A stretch of 64,000 bases of DNA from Archangium sp. (GTDB taxonomy: Bacteria; Myxococcota; Myxococcia; Myxococcales; Myxococcaceae): assembly GCA_035645295.1 (NCBI GenBank), contig DASQMW010000075.1, positions 270 to 64,269 on the forward strand, given 5' to 3'. The translations under genes and the position numbers were made by a program. Position 1 is the stretch's first letter, and every line of letters begins with the position of its first letter. Positions 39,449-48,918 of this stretch are shown piece after piece. The notes beneath the pieces were generated by a model. The model worked only from the letters and a program-made list of their open reading frames with translations, was not told where the DNA came from and searched no databases.

Positions 39449-40762
39449 TCACCTCACTTCCTGGGTGACGAGGGCGTGCGGCGGCTCACCGCCGGGTGGG
39501 AGATCCGAGAGCAGGGCCCGCACACTCGCGCGGGTGGAGAGGGCCATCAGGCCGAGCAGCGCCGCGAGGATCTCCAGGGTGTAGATGAGGCCGGTGTAGC
39601 CCTGGAGGATGACTGCGGTGGTGGGCACCACGAGGGTGGCCGCCCAGGTGCCCGCCAGGTGGGAGGTCCGCTCCTGGGGGAAGAGGCGCTTCACGTAGAG
39701 GACCACCGCCGCGCCGAGCCCCAGGGTGGCCAGGGCATAGGCCACGTAGAAGTTCATGAAGGCCGCGAGGTAGGCGAGCAACACGAAGAAGAAGCCGTAG
39801 GCGGCGGCCAGCAGGTACGACTCGTAGAAGGCGAGCGGCCTGCGGTGGCGGATGCTGAAGGCGGCCAGCAGGGCCATGAGGGCGAGGAAGGGCACCCAGG
39901 CGCGGCCCGCCATGGTGGAGACGACGATGTCGTACGCCTCCACCGAGGGCAGGATGACGCCGAGGTTCACCCCCGACTCGAGCGACTGGAAGGCCCAGTC
40001 GAGCGCCACCGTGCCGCGCCCGGTCTCCACCTGGGTGGCCGAGAGGACCTGGGGCGGATAGTCGAAGTTCTCGCCGCCCTCGACGGCGAGGTGCAGCCGC
40101 ACGTCACGGGCCGGCAGGGCGGGATCCAGCTTGTAGATGAAGGAGTCGAGGCCCCGGGCGCGGTAGCGGATGGAGAAGGTACTGGTGGCCCCCTGGGAGA
40201 TGCGGCCCGTCCAGACGAGCCGGTTGCCGGACTCGCCGAGATCCAGGTCCGACTCGGCGCCATTGACGAGGAACTGGAGCTCCGAGAGGAGCACCTGGGA
40301 CTTGTCCACCTCGATGGGGAAGATGAAGGCCACGTCGATGTCGTGGCCCTCGCGGTTGACGACGGCGTAGTCGGCCGAGAGGGTGAAGTCGAAGCCGGAG
40401 AAGTAGCGCAGGCCCCGCTTGCGGTAGTTCATCCGCGACTGCACCTGCACGTGCTGCTTGTCGAAGGGCAGGGGCTTGAGCTCGGTGAAGATGGTGCCGC
40501 TCTGCACGTAGCGCAGCGAGGGCGCTGGCTGGACGACGGGGGCGCCCCAGCGATCCTCCACGTCCCGGGCCAGCTCCGAGCTGGCGAAGTCCGTCCGGTC
40601 CGCCACCTGGCTGGCGATGACCGCCGTGGCGAAGACGACGATGAAGAGGCTGCCAAAGACGTGGTGGCGGACGAGCCACCCGAACGCCCGCCGGACCGGC
40701 GAGTCCGCCGGCGGACGCGGTGGCGTGGGCGTAGGCGTGGGAAGAAGGGTGTCTGGGCTCAT
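39449..40762 (-). CDS. CreD-like inner membrane protein
   Basis: N-terminal TM, DR...DV..RWG.PV.Q..P, YRKRGL, periplasmic domain, about 5-6 C-terminal TM with Y.L.A.A..FF.LL..L. Confidence 0.65.
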   Translation of the reverse strand: MSPDTLLPTPTPTPPRPPADSPVRRAFGWLVRHHVFGSLFIVVFATAVIASQVADRTDFASSELARDVEDRWGAPVVQPAPSLRYVQSGTIFTELKPLPFDKQHVQVQSRMNYRKRGLRYFSGFDFTLSADYAVVNREGHDIDVAFIFPIEVDKSQVLLSELQFLVNGAESDLDLGESGNRLVWTGRISQGATSTFSIRYRARGLDSFIYKLDPALPARDVRLHLAVEGGENFDYPPQVLSATQVETGRGTVALDWAFQSLESGVNLGVILPSVEAYDIVVSTMAGRAWVPFLALMALLAAFSIRHRRPLAFYESYLLAAAYGFFFVLLAYLAAFMNFYVAYALATLGLGAAVVLYVKRLFPQERTSHLAGTWAATLVVPTTAVILQGYTGLIYTLEILAALLGLMALSTRASVRALLSDLPPGGEPPHALVTQEVR

Positions 40763-40828
40763 GGGCCCAGAGTGGGGCAGGGGGGTGCAACCCGAATGGA
40801 GGCCCCGTGCACCTCCCGGGGAATGTTC

Positions 40829-40844
40829 GTGCAGAAATTGTGGA
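40829..40844 (-). promoter_or_regulatory. cre-tag-like direct repeat
   Basis: Minus strand TCCAC-N6-TGCAC versus the CreB tag TTCAC-N6-TTCAC, 67 bp upstream of the creD-like ATG. Confidence 0.4.
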
Positions 40845-40885
40845 GGGGCCGGTCCCGGGTGCTGCGGAGGACCGGCCCCAGCCCA

Positions 40886-42277
40886 CTACGGCATGGTGAA
40901 GAGGCAGCGGGTGACCGGGACGATGATGTCCGCGAGCACGTAGAGGTAGTACGTCTTCCCGCTCGTCAGCGAGCCGGGCCGGCCGGACGCCGGGAAGCGC
41001 TGCGACAAGCCGGAGGGGACGACTCCGTACCGCACCGTGCCGCTCGTGACGGGGGTTCCGTCCACCGGAACGTCGATGCGCCAGAGCGTGCCCTCGGGCA
41101 GATCGAGGTTCGGCGGCACCGTCGGCGACGTGGCGTCCGCCTCGAGCACGTACACGTAACGTGCCTTGCCGCCCCTCCAGGAGAGCGTCCCGTCCGCGGC
41201 GACGCCCTCTCCATTCTCGCAGAGCGTGGGCCGGTAGAAGCGCTGCGCATCCAGTGGACCCGCCCCATACGTCTGGTCGGCGAAGTCCTCACGCTTGTAG
41301 CCCCGGTGGAAGAGCTCGGTCTCGAAGAAGCTCAGCATCCGCGCCGGATCCGTCGTGACGAAGATGGAGTCGTGCGGGTTCTCGGGCGCGGCCCGCGAGA
41401 AGCCGTTGTTCTGCTCGCGAGGGTACGCGCCGAAGCCCACCGTGTTGATCCACCCGGCGCCCATGGCCAGGCCCCTCGGGTGGAAGGAGTTGATGAAGTT
41501 GCCCGGCGACTCGACGTACCAGTTCGACGGACCCTGGGGCGCACGCGTCGAGTGGCAGCAGACACAGGCCGTCGACTCGATCTGGGACCTCACCCAGTTC
41601 ACCTCCGCGACGTACGCCGGATCCCGCAGGCGCGCATCCTCCCGCTCCGCGTTCGGCGCGGGCGGCACCGGATAGTACGGGCGCTGGGTGCGCACGCGAT
41701 CGCAGCTCGCGTAGTCCATGAAGCCGCGGCCGGGCTCGGTGGCGCCGGAGATCATCTCCCACGTGCAGACCTTCCCGCCCGGCGACATCCCGGGGGGCTC
41801 GCCCGGCTTGGGCTCGACACAGTTGAGCACTGGCTGCTGGAACGTGGGCAGCCCCGTCCCACCGCCGGAGTCCACCACCTGCCCACCGCACACGGGGGCG
41901 GGATCGAACACGCCGCCGCCGAACAGCTCACACCCGCGCTGCATGGAGCCGCACTTCTGCGCGTCCACTCCAGGGAAGCTGATGCGCGTCCACCGGTCGT
42001 TCTCGCCCCCCAGGAAGCAGTAGCCCAGCCGCTCCTCCAGGTTGCACGCCGAGCCCAGCTCCGCCGTCGAGCCCTGATCCTCGCAGTCCTCCACCGCGGC
42101 CTCGTCGGTCCACTCACCGACATAGTCGCGGCACTCCTCGAGGCTGCTGAACCTGTTCACGTAGACGCAGTGGCCCACTACCTTCTCCGGGACGATGGGG
42201 ACCCCCTCCGGGCCGCACTGACAGCCTGCCACGAGGCACAACAGGACCAGCACCGGCGACAACCGCGGTGAACGCAT
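40886..42277 (-). CDS. Cys-rich lipoprotein with one CxxCH motif
   Basis: VAGC lipobox; ACVCCHS. Confidence 0.8.
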   Translation of the reverse strand: MRSPRLSPVLVLLCLVAGCQCGPEGVPIVPEKVVGHCVYVNRFSSLEECRDYVGEWTDEAAVEDCEDQGSTAELGSACNLEERLGYCFLGGENDRWTRISFPGVDAQKCGSMQRGCELFGGGVFDPAPVCGGQVVDSGGGTGLPTFQQPVLNCVEPKPGEPPGMSPGGKVCTWEMISGATEPGRGFMDYASCDRVRTQRPYYPVPPAPNAEREDARLRDPAYVAEVNWVRSQIESTACVCCHSTRAPQGPSNWYVESPGNFINSFHPRGLAMGAGWINTVGFGAYPREQNNGFSRAAPENPHDSIFVTTDPARMLSFFETELFHRGYKREDFADQTYGAGPLDAQRFYRPTLCENGEGVAADGTLSWRGGKARYVYVLEADATSPTVPPNLDLPEGTLWRIDVPVDGTPVTSGTVRYGVVPSGLSQRFPASGRPGSLTSGKTYYLYVLADIIVPVTRCLFTMP

Positions 42278-42307
42278 TGGCAACTCCCAGGTGGAATGAC
42301 GTTGGAA

Positions 42308-42931
42308 CTACTTCTTCGCGTAGCCCTTCAGGAACCCGTCCAGGTGCTGCTCGATGAAGCCCTCCAGGACGAGCGGACGGCAACGGCGGCCCTGCAACTG
42401 GTGCTGGTGGAAGAGCGCCAGCAGGAGCGGAGACATCAGCGCGAGCGCGGCCACACGCGCATCCGGCACGGACAGCTCTCCGCGCGTGTGGAAGATGATC
42501 AGCAACTCCTCGACGGAGCTCAACGTGGGCTCGAGGATCGACGAGACGTAGATCTGCCCGAGCCCCGAGTCGGCCATGCCCTCGGCGAAGCCCGCGGCGT
42601 GCATGCCGCCCAGCGCCCCCGACCACGCGGCGGCGATCTGCCCGAGCAGTTGCGTGAAAGCCGCTCTCGCGGGCAGTTCCGCCAGGGACCTCGCCCAGGC
42701 CTGGCGCTCCTGGCCGAACTTCAACAGGTACTCGAAGGCGGCCTGCACCACGCCCTGGCGATCGCCGAAGTAGTGCCTCAGCGTCCCGGGATCGACCCCG
42801 GCGCCCTCCGCGAGCACGCGCAGGCTCGGGTGCGAGCCTCCTGCCACGAGGAGCTGCTGGGCCACGCTCTGCAGCAGCCGCGAGCGCGTCTCCTCATGAT
42901 TCCGGTTGCGGGCTCCCGATATCCTTCCCAT
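42308..42931 (-). CDS. TetR-family regulator
   Basis: SLRVLAEGAGVDPGTLRHYFGDR HTH. Confidence 0.88.
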   Translation of the reverse strand: MGRISGARNRNHEETRSRLLQSVAQQLLVAGGSHPSLRVLAEGAGVDPGTLRHYFGDRQGVVQAAFEYLLKFGQERQAWARSLAELPARAAFTQLLGQIAAAWSGALGGMHAAGFAEGMADSGLGQIYVSSILEPTLSSVEELLIIFHTRGELSVPDARVAALALMSPLLLALFHQHQLQGRRCRPLVLEGFIEQHLDGFLKGYAKK

Positions 42932-42942
42932 GCGCGAGATGG

Positions 42943-42957
42943 ATATTCCGCGAATAT
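42943..42957. promoter_or_regulatory. Putative TetR operator
   Basis: ATATTC-CGC-GAATAT palindrome about 12 bp upstream of the TetR start. Confidence 0.45.
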
Positions 42958-43162
42958 TCCCAGCGCCAGCCTTTCGTGTGGGTTTATATCCTTCCTCAGT
43001 GAGGAGATTTATGCGGTGGGTGCCGAAGGGCCTTCCCTCGCGGACGCTCTCGTGGGTGGAAACAGGAAAGCTTGGGGAGAACTGAAAAAGGTCTACGGCC
43101 CCTGATCCGAACCGTTATGCTCTCCAGGCCGCACCCCCTTACCCCCCTCCAAGGAGCACCGG

Positions 43163-43309
43163 ATGAAGCGCATTCTCTTCCTCGCCGTTGCCGCCATCGC
43201 CCTGGGCATGGGCCTCGCGTCCGCCCCCGTGGAGGCAGAGGACTGCACGCCCACCTGCTACAAGCACCCGATCACCGGGCAGCTCTTCTGCAGCTATCCC
43301 TGTCCGTAA
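43163..43309 (+). CDS. Secreted four-Cys small peptide (48 aa)
   Basis: AAGGAG RBS at 43151-43156; MKRILFLAVAAIALGMGLASAPVEA-EDCTPTCYKHPITGQLFCSYPCP-stop. Confidence 0.85.
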   Translation: MKRILFLAVAAIALGMGLASAPVEAEDCTPTCYKHPITGQLFCSYPCP

Positions 43310-43454
43310 GGGCTCGGAGCCCCCGCTCCGCGGCGATGAAGGCCTCATCCGGGTTTTCCGGGTGGGGCCTTCGACGTTACTGCGCGAGGTGGTTACCGTT
43401 GCCGGCGGACCGACGACTGAGGCCGAACCACGAGGTGCGGCCAGGGAGCATGTG

Positions 43455-44000
43455 ATGCGACGGATTGTCATGGGAGCGGTGCTGGCCTTGGGACTCCTGG
43501 TGGGCTCCGGCCCCGCTCAGGCCCAGCAGCCCGGACAGAAGAAGGGCGCGGGTGCGTTCTCTCCGCTCAAGCAACTCCAGGGGGTGGTGCGGCAGGTGGA
43601 CCTGGGCCAGGGCCGGGTGGTCATCGCCGCCAGTGATGGCGCGGCCACCGAGCTGCGAGGCACTCCCGGGCAGCTCCTGGGCCTGAAGCCGGGAGCCAAG
43701 GCGTCGTTGCGCTACGTCCCCGTGTCCGGCCAGCTCTGGTTGGTGACGGAGGGAATGACCCGCCCCGTGCCGGAGAGCGTGGGGCCCGCCCTCACGGTGA
43801 CGGGCCACATCATCAGCCTCTCCAGCAAGGACGGGGAGTTGACGCTCTCCGCGGGAGGGCGGAGTCTCGCCGTCCAGACGCATCCCATGTTGCTGTCCGG
43901 GCTCCGGCAGGGACAGCGGGCCCAGGTGACCTTCCAGACGCTCAGCGGGGTGAACTGGGCCACGGCGCTCCGGAGCGAGGCCGAGGTTCCACGGAAGTAG
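43455..44000 (+). CDS. Secreted protein with two OB-fold-like repeats
   Basis: GGAG RBS, signal peptide ending AQA, two G.V..V/I...G.L...P..L.GL..G..A.V.Y/F...W repeats. Confidence 0.7.
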   Translation: MRRIVMGAVLALGLLVGSGPAQAQQPGQKKGAGAFSPLKQLQGVVRQVDLGQGRVVIAASDGAATELRGTPGQLLGLKPGAKASLRYVPVSGQLWLVTEGMTRPVPESVGPALTVTGHIISLSSKDGELTLSAGGRSLAVQTHPMLLSGLRQGQRAQVTFQTLSGVNWATALRSEAEVPRK

Positions 44001-44047
44001 GCCTTGCCTGGGGTAGTCTGCGCGCGGACTCCCATCCAGGAGGCGCC

Positions 44048-44755
44048 ATGCGCGCGGTGGTGATGCAGCACGAGGAGCACGAGGGGCCGGGGTTGCTCGG
44101 TCCGGCGCTGGAGGCGGCGGGCTTCACGCTGGTGAAGCGCTTCCGCTCCGTCAAGCGCGAGGACCTGAACGCGGAGCTGGTGGTGGTGCTGGGCGGCCCC
44201 ATGGGCGTCTACGAGGCGGATCGCCATCCCTTCCTCGGCGAGGAGCTGGGGCTGGTGACCGAGCGGCTCGCCCTCGGGCTTCCGGTGCTGGGCCTGTGCC
44301 TGGGCGCGCAGCTCCTGGCAGCCGCGGCCGGCTCCGAGGTCTTCGTCGGGAAGAACGGCCTCGAGGTGGGCGTCGCGCCGGTGCGCTGGACGAAGGAGGC
44401 CCTGGCCGATCCCGTGATCGCCGGCGTGCGCCCGCGCACCATCGTGGCCCACTGGCACCAGGACACCTTCAAGGCCGTGCCCGGGGCCACGCTCCTGGCC
44501 TCGACGGATCGCTACTCCCAGCAAGCCTTCCGGCTCGGCGACTCGTACGGCTTCCAGTTCCACCTGGAGCTCACCGCGGATGAGCTCGACCGCTGGTTCA
44601 CCCAGGGCGCCGAGGAGCTGGTCGAGCTCTACGAGAAGAACCTCGACGAGCTGCGCTCCCAGCTCCCCAAGCTCCGCTCGGCCGAGGCCGAGAACCGGGA
44701 GCTCCTCGAGCGGCTCGCCCACCACTTCGCGCGGGTGGCTCGCGCCGCCAGGTGA
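44048..44755 (+). CDS. Class I glutamine amidotransferase-like protein
   Basis: QH...EGPG, LGGPMG, GLCLGAQL, WHQD, QFHLE. Confidence 0.92.
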   Translation: MRAVVMQHEEHEGPGLLGPALEAAGFTLVKRFRSVKREDLNAELVVVLGGPMGVYEADRHPFLGEELGLVTERLALGLPVLGLCLGAQLLAAAAGSEVFVGKNGLEVGVAPVRWTKEALADPVIAGVRPRTIVAHWHQDTFKAVPGATLLASTDRYSQQAFRLGDSYGFQFHLELTADELDRWFTQGAEELVELYEKNLDELRSQLPKLRSAEAENRELLERLAHHFARVARAAR

Positions 44756-44768
44756 GGCACTCGGCGCC

Positions 44769-45410
44769 CTACTTCTCCTCGACGCCGAGCTTCGGGCAGA
44801 TGTCGTTCATGGAGCAGGCCTCGCACTTGGGTTTGCGCGCCGTGCAGGTGTAGCGGCCGTGCAACACGGTCGCGGGCCCGAAGAAGGTCCACTGCTCCTG
44901 GGGGACGAGCTTCATCAAATCCTTCTCGATCTCCTCGGGCTTCTCCTTCTTGGAGAGCCCCATGCGCTGGCTGACGCGGGCCACGTGGGTGTCGACGATG
45001 ACGCCCGAGGGGAGGTTGAAAGCGGTGTTGAGCACGACGTTGGCCGTCTTGCGGGCCACGCCGGGCAGGGTGATGAGCTCGTCGATCGTCTTGGGCACCT
45101 CGCCGCCGAAGCTGGCGAGCAGCTCGCGGCTCATGGCCTGCACGGACTTCGTCTTCTGCTTGAAGAAGCCGGTGGGCTTGAGGTCCTCCTCGAGCGCGGC
45201 GGTGTCGGCCTCGGCGAAGGCCTTGGGGCCGGGGTACTTCTTGAAGAGGATCGCGGTCACCCGGTTGACGCGCTCGTCCGTGCACTGTGCGGCCAGGATG
45301 GTGGCGACGAGCAGCTCGAAGGGGGTGCTCCAGTTGAGCTCGTAGCGGGCACCCGGGTGGGCCTCGTGAAGGCGGGCGAGGAGGGTCTTGGCGGTCTGGG
45401 CGGCGGTCAT
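44769..45410 (-). CDS. nth: Endonuclease III
   Basis: LLVATILAAQCTD, LPGVARKTANVV, VDTHV, C-x6-C-x2-C-x5-C. Confidence 0.95.
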   Translation of the reverse strand: MTAAQTAKTLLARLHEAHPGARYELNWSTPFELLVATILAAQCTDERVNRVTAILFKKYPGPKAFAEADTAALEEDLKPTGFFKQKTKSVQAMSRELLASFGGEVPKTIDELITLPGVARKTANVVLNTAFNLPSGVIVDTHVARVSQRMGLSKKEKPEEIEKDLMKLVPQEQWTFFGPATVLHGRYTCTARKPKCEACSMNDICPKLGVEEK

Positions 45411-45927
45411 GGGGGCGTTCAGTCGGGAGAGGCGAACGAGACGCAGTGTACCGGGTGGGGCCGACACGGAAAGTCCAGGGAATGGGACGGCCGAGCCCCT
45501 CGACGCGGTGCTGGCGTAGGCTCGCCGATGCGATGAATCAGAAGGGATACGACAATCAAATGGGCCTGCCCTATGCGGTTCCTGAGTGCCTGGGGAGCAG
45601 GGGAGGCCGTACCAGGCGCTTGCCTTTGCCGAGCGGGCAGCGGAGCCCTTCATCTTGGATGCCGTCTGCTTCTCCAGCCCGGCTGCTTGCAAAGTCGTTG
45701 CAGGTGTAATGCCTTGTCGCAACGCCCGAGACATGATGGTTCCAATTTCTTACTTGAAATGGATCAAGCATGTTTGCCTGCTGATCGGCCGTTATTCCTG
45801 GCGCCTCTCCGGTGCAAGTCTGGTGTCTTGACGGTGATAGGGCAAACAAAGTTTTCTTGCGCGCACTGAGGCGTGAACGGACCGCGATGCGGCGTGTCCC
45901 GCGCTTCGGAAATCCAGGAGAAATTGA

Positions 45928-48099
45928 ATGTCCCAGCAGTGGAGTTGGCGCCCGTCTGTCGTGGCCGGTCTCGTCTTCGCGATTACCTCGTGTACTTCGC
46001 CCTCGGAGGTGCCGGGTGCGGACGAGCAGAACGGCAAGAACGCGGCTGTCCGGCTCGTCCCCGAGGCACCAGGAGTCAGGTGTCCCCAGGGTGGCACCGC
46101 GCTCCAGACGGGCCTCGATGACAACGGGGACGGCTCGCTGAACGACGACGAGGTGGAGCAGACCTCGTACGTGTGCAGCGGGAGCGGCAGCCAACAGGGC
46201 GGAATGTCGCTCGTGAAGCTGATGCCCGAGGCCGCGGGCGCGCGGTGTGCTTCCGGCGGCACCGCCGTCCTGTCCGGGCTCGACACGAACGCCGACGGGC
46301 TGCAGGGGGAATCCGAGGTCACCCACACGCAGTTCCTCTGCAACGGCGAGTACGAGAAGAAGGGGAATACGTACTTGATGAAGATGCTGTCCGAGGCCGC
46401 CGGCCGGAACTGCCCTCAGGGTGGAACGACCGTCCTCGGAGGCATCGACGTGAACGTCAACGGGCAGCTCGAGAGCACCGAGGTGACGACGACGCAGTAC
46501 GTCTGCAACGGCTCGACGGGCACGAGCGGTACCGAGGCACTGGTCAGGCTCGACGCCGCGCCGGCCAATGCGAACTGCGGCCAGGGCGGCACGGCCGTGA
46601 AGAGCGGCTTCGATGCGGATGGTGACGGAACGCTCGGCATCACCGAGGTGACGAACACCACGTTCGTGTGCAACGGGCTCACGGAGACGTTTGATCCGAA
46701 CCGGGGTGAGGCTCTCGTGCGGCTCGACACCGAGCCCGCGGGCGCCAACTGCGCGTACGGCGGCACGGCCGTGAAGAGTGGGTTCGACTCGAATGGCGAC
46801 GGGACACTGAGCGATTCCGAGGTCACGACGACCCAGCTCGTGTGCAGCACGGCCAATTTCTTCCGGACGAAGTGGGCGATCAACACACCGAAAAGCTACG
46901 AATCCGGTGAGATCACCAACCTGTGGGTTCCCGTGTCGCGCCGGGTCTGGATCTACAAGACCAGCGATACGTCGCGCATCAAGCTCACCGTCTCCGACAA
47001 CTTCCGGGTTGGCGCCAGCTACAACATGGGGAACGGTTGGTACTCGGTGCGCATGAACGGCAGCAGCGTGGGTTGCGACGCCCGGCAGTACAACTGGAAT
47101 GCAGCCGGTTGGAACCAGAACTATCATCTGCCGTTCGCGAACGTCTGCCTCACTGAGCAGCTACCGAAGGGCCTGTATGAGTTCGACGTGTGGTCGATGG
47201 CGAGCGGAGGAACCAGTTACGTAGGCGCTGGAACGAACGGCAGTGCGTTGCTTCTCGCCGAAGAACTGGATGGAACCAAACCCTACGCGTTTTCGAAGGC
47301 CGGGGAGGCGAGCGTTACGGCAGTCCCGTCGTACTCCAAGGCAAGTGGGCGTGAAGTGACGTTCCTCAAGCAGTCCGCATCCACGCTGCTCAAGGTGACG
47401 CTCGCGGACACCCTCCGCGTGGGGTACAACCAGAACGGTGGATGGGGCACGGTGATGGTACGGCTCGATGGCGTCAACACCAGCTGCTACACGGGCAAGT
47501 ACGACGCCCAAGGAACTGGTGGCGATCTGCACAATCCGTTCGTGATGACCTGCATCCTGCCGAACGTCTCCGCAGCTCAGCACACGCTGGACGTCACTCT
47601 TTCGGCGAACTCGAGCGGTCAAGCTTACCTGGGCTGGGAGCGGAGCAACCCGCTCCTTCTTGTCGAGGAACTCCCGAACACGGGGCTCACCTACTCGAAC
47701 ATGGGCTTCGCAAGTGGCGAAATCTCAGGAGTATGGGCTGGCGTCGGCGCGCGACAGATCGTCCATAACGTCAGCGCTCCCGGTAAGGCAGTGAAGGTCA
47801 CGTACTCGGACACGTTCCGCGCGGCTGCTGGCTGCAATGGGCGTTGGGGCTTCTTCCAGCTCTATGTCGACTACCAGCCCACCGGGTGCATCAACAGCCA
47901 GCACGTGTGGAATACGGGCGCTGCGCAGGACCACCACCACCCGGCGAACCAGACGTGCATCATTCCGAACCTGACGCCCGGCTACCATACGTTCTCCATC
48001 TGGTCGACCACGCTGCATGGGGATGGAAGCTCCTGCGGCTCGAACTACTTCGGCTGGCACCGCGGACAGAACCTCCTGCTGGTCGAGGATCTGCCGTAG
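45928..48099 (+). CDS. Lipoprotein adhesin-like protein: five DUF7151-like repeats plus three CTHRC1-like domains
   Basis: AGGAG RBS, ITSC lipobox; five E..G..C..GGT...G.D.N.DG.L...EV..T..VC repeats; three domains ending in LL.EEL/EDL. Confidence 0.85.
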   Translation: MSQQWSWRPSVVAGLVFAITSCTSPSEVPGADEQNGKNAAVRLVPEAPGVRCPQGGTALQTGLDDNGDGSLNDDEVEQTSYVCSGSGSQQGGMSLVKLMPEAAGARCASGGTAVLSGLDTNADGLQGESEVTHTQFLCNGEYEKKGNTYLMKMLSEAAGRNCPQGGTTVLGGIDVNVNGQLESTEVTTTQYVCNGSTGTSGTEALVRLDAAPANANCGQGGTAVKSGFDADGDGTLGITEVTNTTFVCNGLTETFDPNRGEALVRLDTEPAGANCAYGGTAVKSGFDSNGDGTLSDSEVTTTQLVCSTANFFRTKWAINTPKSYESGEITNLWVPVSRRVWIYKTSDTSRIKLTVSDNFRVGASYNMGNGWYSVRMNGSSVGCDARQYNWNAAGWNQNYHLPFANVCLTEQLPKGLYEFDVWSMASGGTSYVGAGTNGSALLLAEELDGTKPYAFSKAGEASVTAVPSYSKASGREVTFLKQSASTLLKVTLADTLRVGYNQNGGWGTVMVRLDGVNTSCYTGKYDAQGTGGDLHNPFVMTCILPNVSAAQHTLDVTLSANSSGQAYLGWERSNPLLLVEELPNTGLTYSNMGFASGEISGVWAGVGARQIVHNVSAPGKAVKVTYSDTFRAAAGCNGRWGFFQLYVDYQPTGCINSQHVWNTGAAQDHHHPANQTCIIPNLTPGYHTFSIWSTTLHGDGSSCGSNYFGWHRGQNLLLVEDLP

Positions 48100-48318
48100 G
48101 CGAACGCTCGGCTCGCGCCTGACCAAGCGCCCACCGGTGCCACAATGGGCCCGGTGGGCGCTCTACAGCGCTGTAGCGCGATTGAAAAATCCAGGAATCC
48201 TGGAGGCGGGGAGGGGGAGTGATGGGTCCTGAGCGGGTATGCCGACGCGATAGGTGGTGAAGGCCGCATTTTGCGCTCTAATGGAGGGCGCCGGACCTGT
48301 CCTGGAGTCCCCCCCACC

Positions 48319-48918
48319 GTGCCGCTACCCACCTCCGCGATTCCCGCCCCTGGACTGGAACATCTTCTCTCCCTGACCACCCCCGCGGATACCGCCCGCG
48401 GCATGTTCTTCAATGGTCTGTTCGACGCGGCGCGCTCGTTCGGGGGCGAGGAAGCCCGGATGAAGTGCCTCGCGGCCGCCGGGGATCGGAAGTTCGTCGA
48501 CTTCCGCAGCTACCCGGTGGCGGACCTGCTCAAGGCCATCTACACCGCCGCGGATGTGCTCGGCCCGAAGATGGGCGGCAAGGATGCCGTCCTGCACCGG
48601 CTCGGGCGGCGGGCCACCGAGGACTTCCTCCAGTCCACCGTGGGCAAGACGATGGTGGCGCTCGCCGGGAACGATCCGCACCGGTTGCTCTCCACCTTCC
48701 CCAATGCCTGCCGCGCCGCGTTGAGCTATGGCGAGCGCTCCATGGAGCGGCTCGGGGACAAGCACGTGCGCATTGTCGCGCGCCGGGACTTCCTGCCCAT
48801 GCTCTACATCGAGGGCATCCTCACCTCCGTGGTGGAGCGCGCTGCCGTCCCGGGCGTCGTGGTGCGCGGGCACCGGTTGTCCCCCATCGACGTGGACTAC
48901 GACATCAGTTGGTCCTGA
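48319..48918 (+). CDS. DUF2378 / TIGR02265-type Myxococcales protein
   Basis: DTARGMFFNGL, F.SYPV.D, LGRRA..DF..S.VG, SYGER. Confidence 0.85.
   Translation: MPLPTSAIPAPGLEHLLSLTTPADTARGMFFNGLFDAARSFGGEEARMKCLAAAGDRKFVDFRSYPVADLLKAIYTAADVLGPKMGGKDAVLHRLGRRATEDFLQSTVGKTMVALAGNDPHRLLSTFPNACRAALSYGERSMERLGDKHVRIVARRDFLPMLYIEGILTSVVERAAVPGVVVRGHRLSPIDVDYDISWS

Noticed and set aside
42993-43005. TCCTCA-G-TGAGGA palindrome
   Set aside because: Short, single copy and cannot be assigned to a factor.
43163-43309. Cys peptide as precursor of the HExxH/RRE cluster
   Set aside because: It is 18 kb away and has a Sec signal rather than a RiPP leader.
45838-45905. GGGCAAAC upstream of the adhesin-like gene as a c-di-GMP-I riboswitch
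   Set aside because: The GNRA hairpin and downstream GCAAAG elements were not found.
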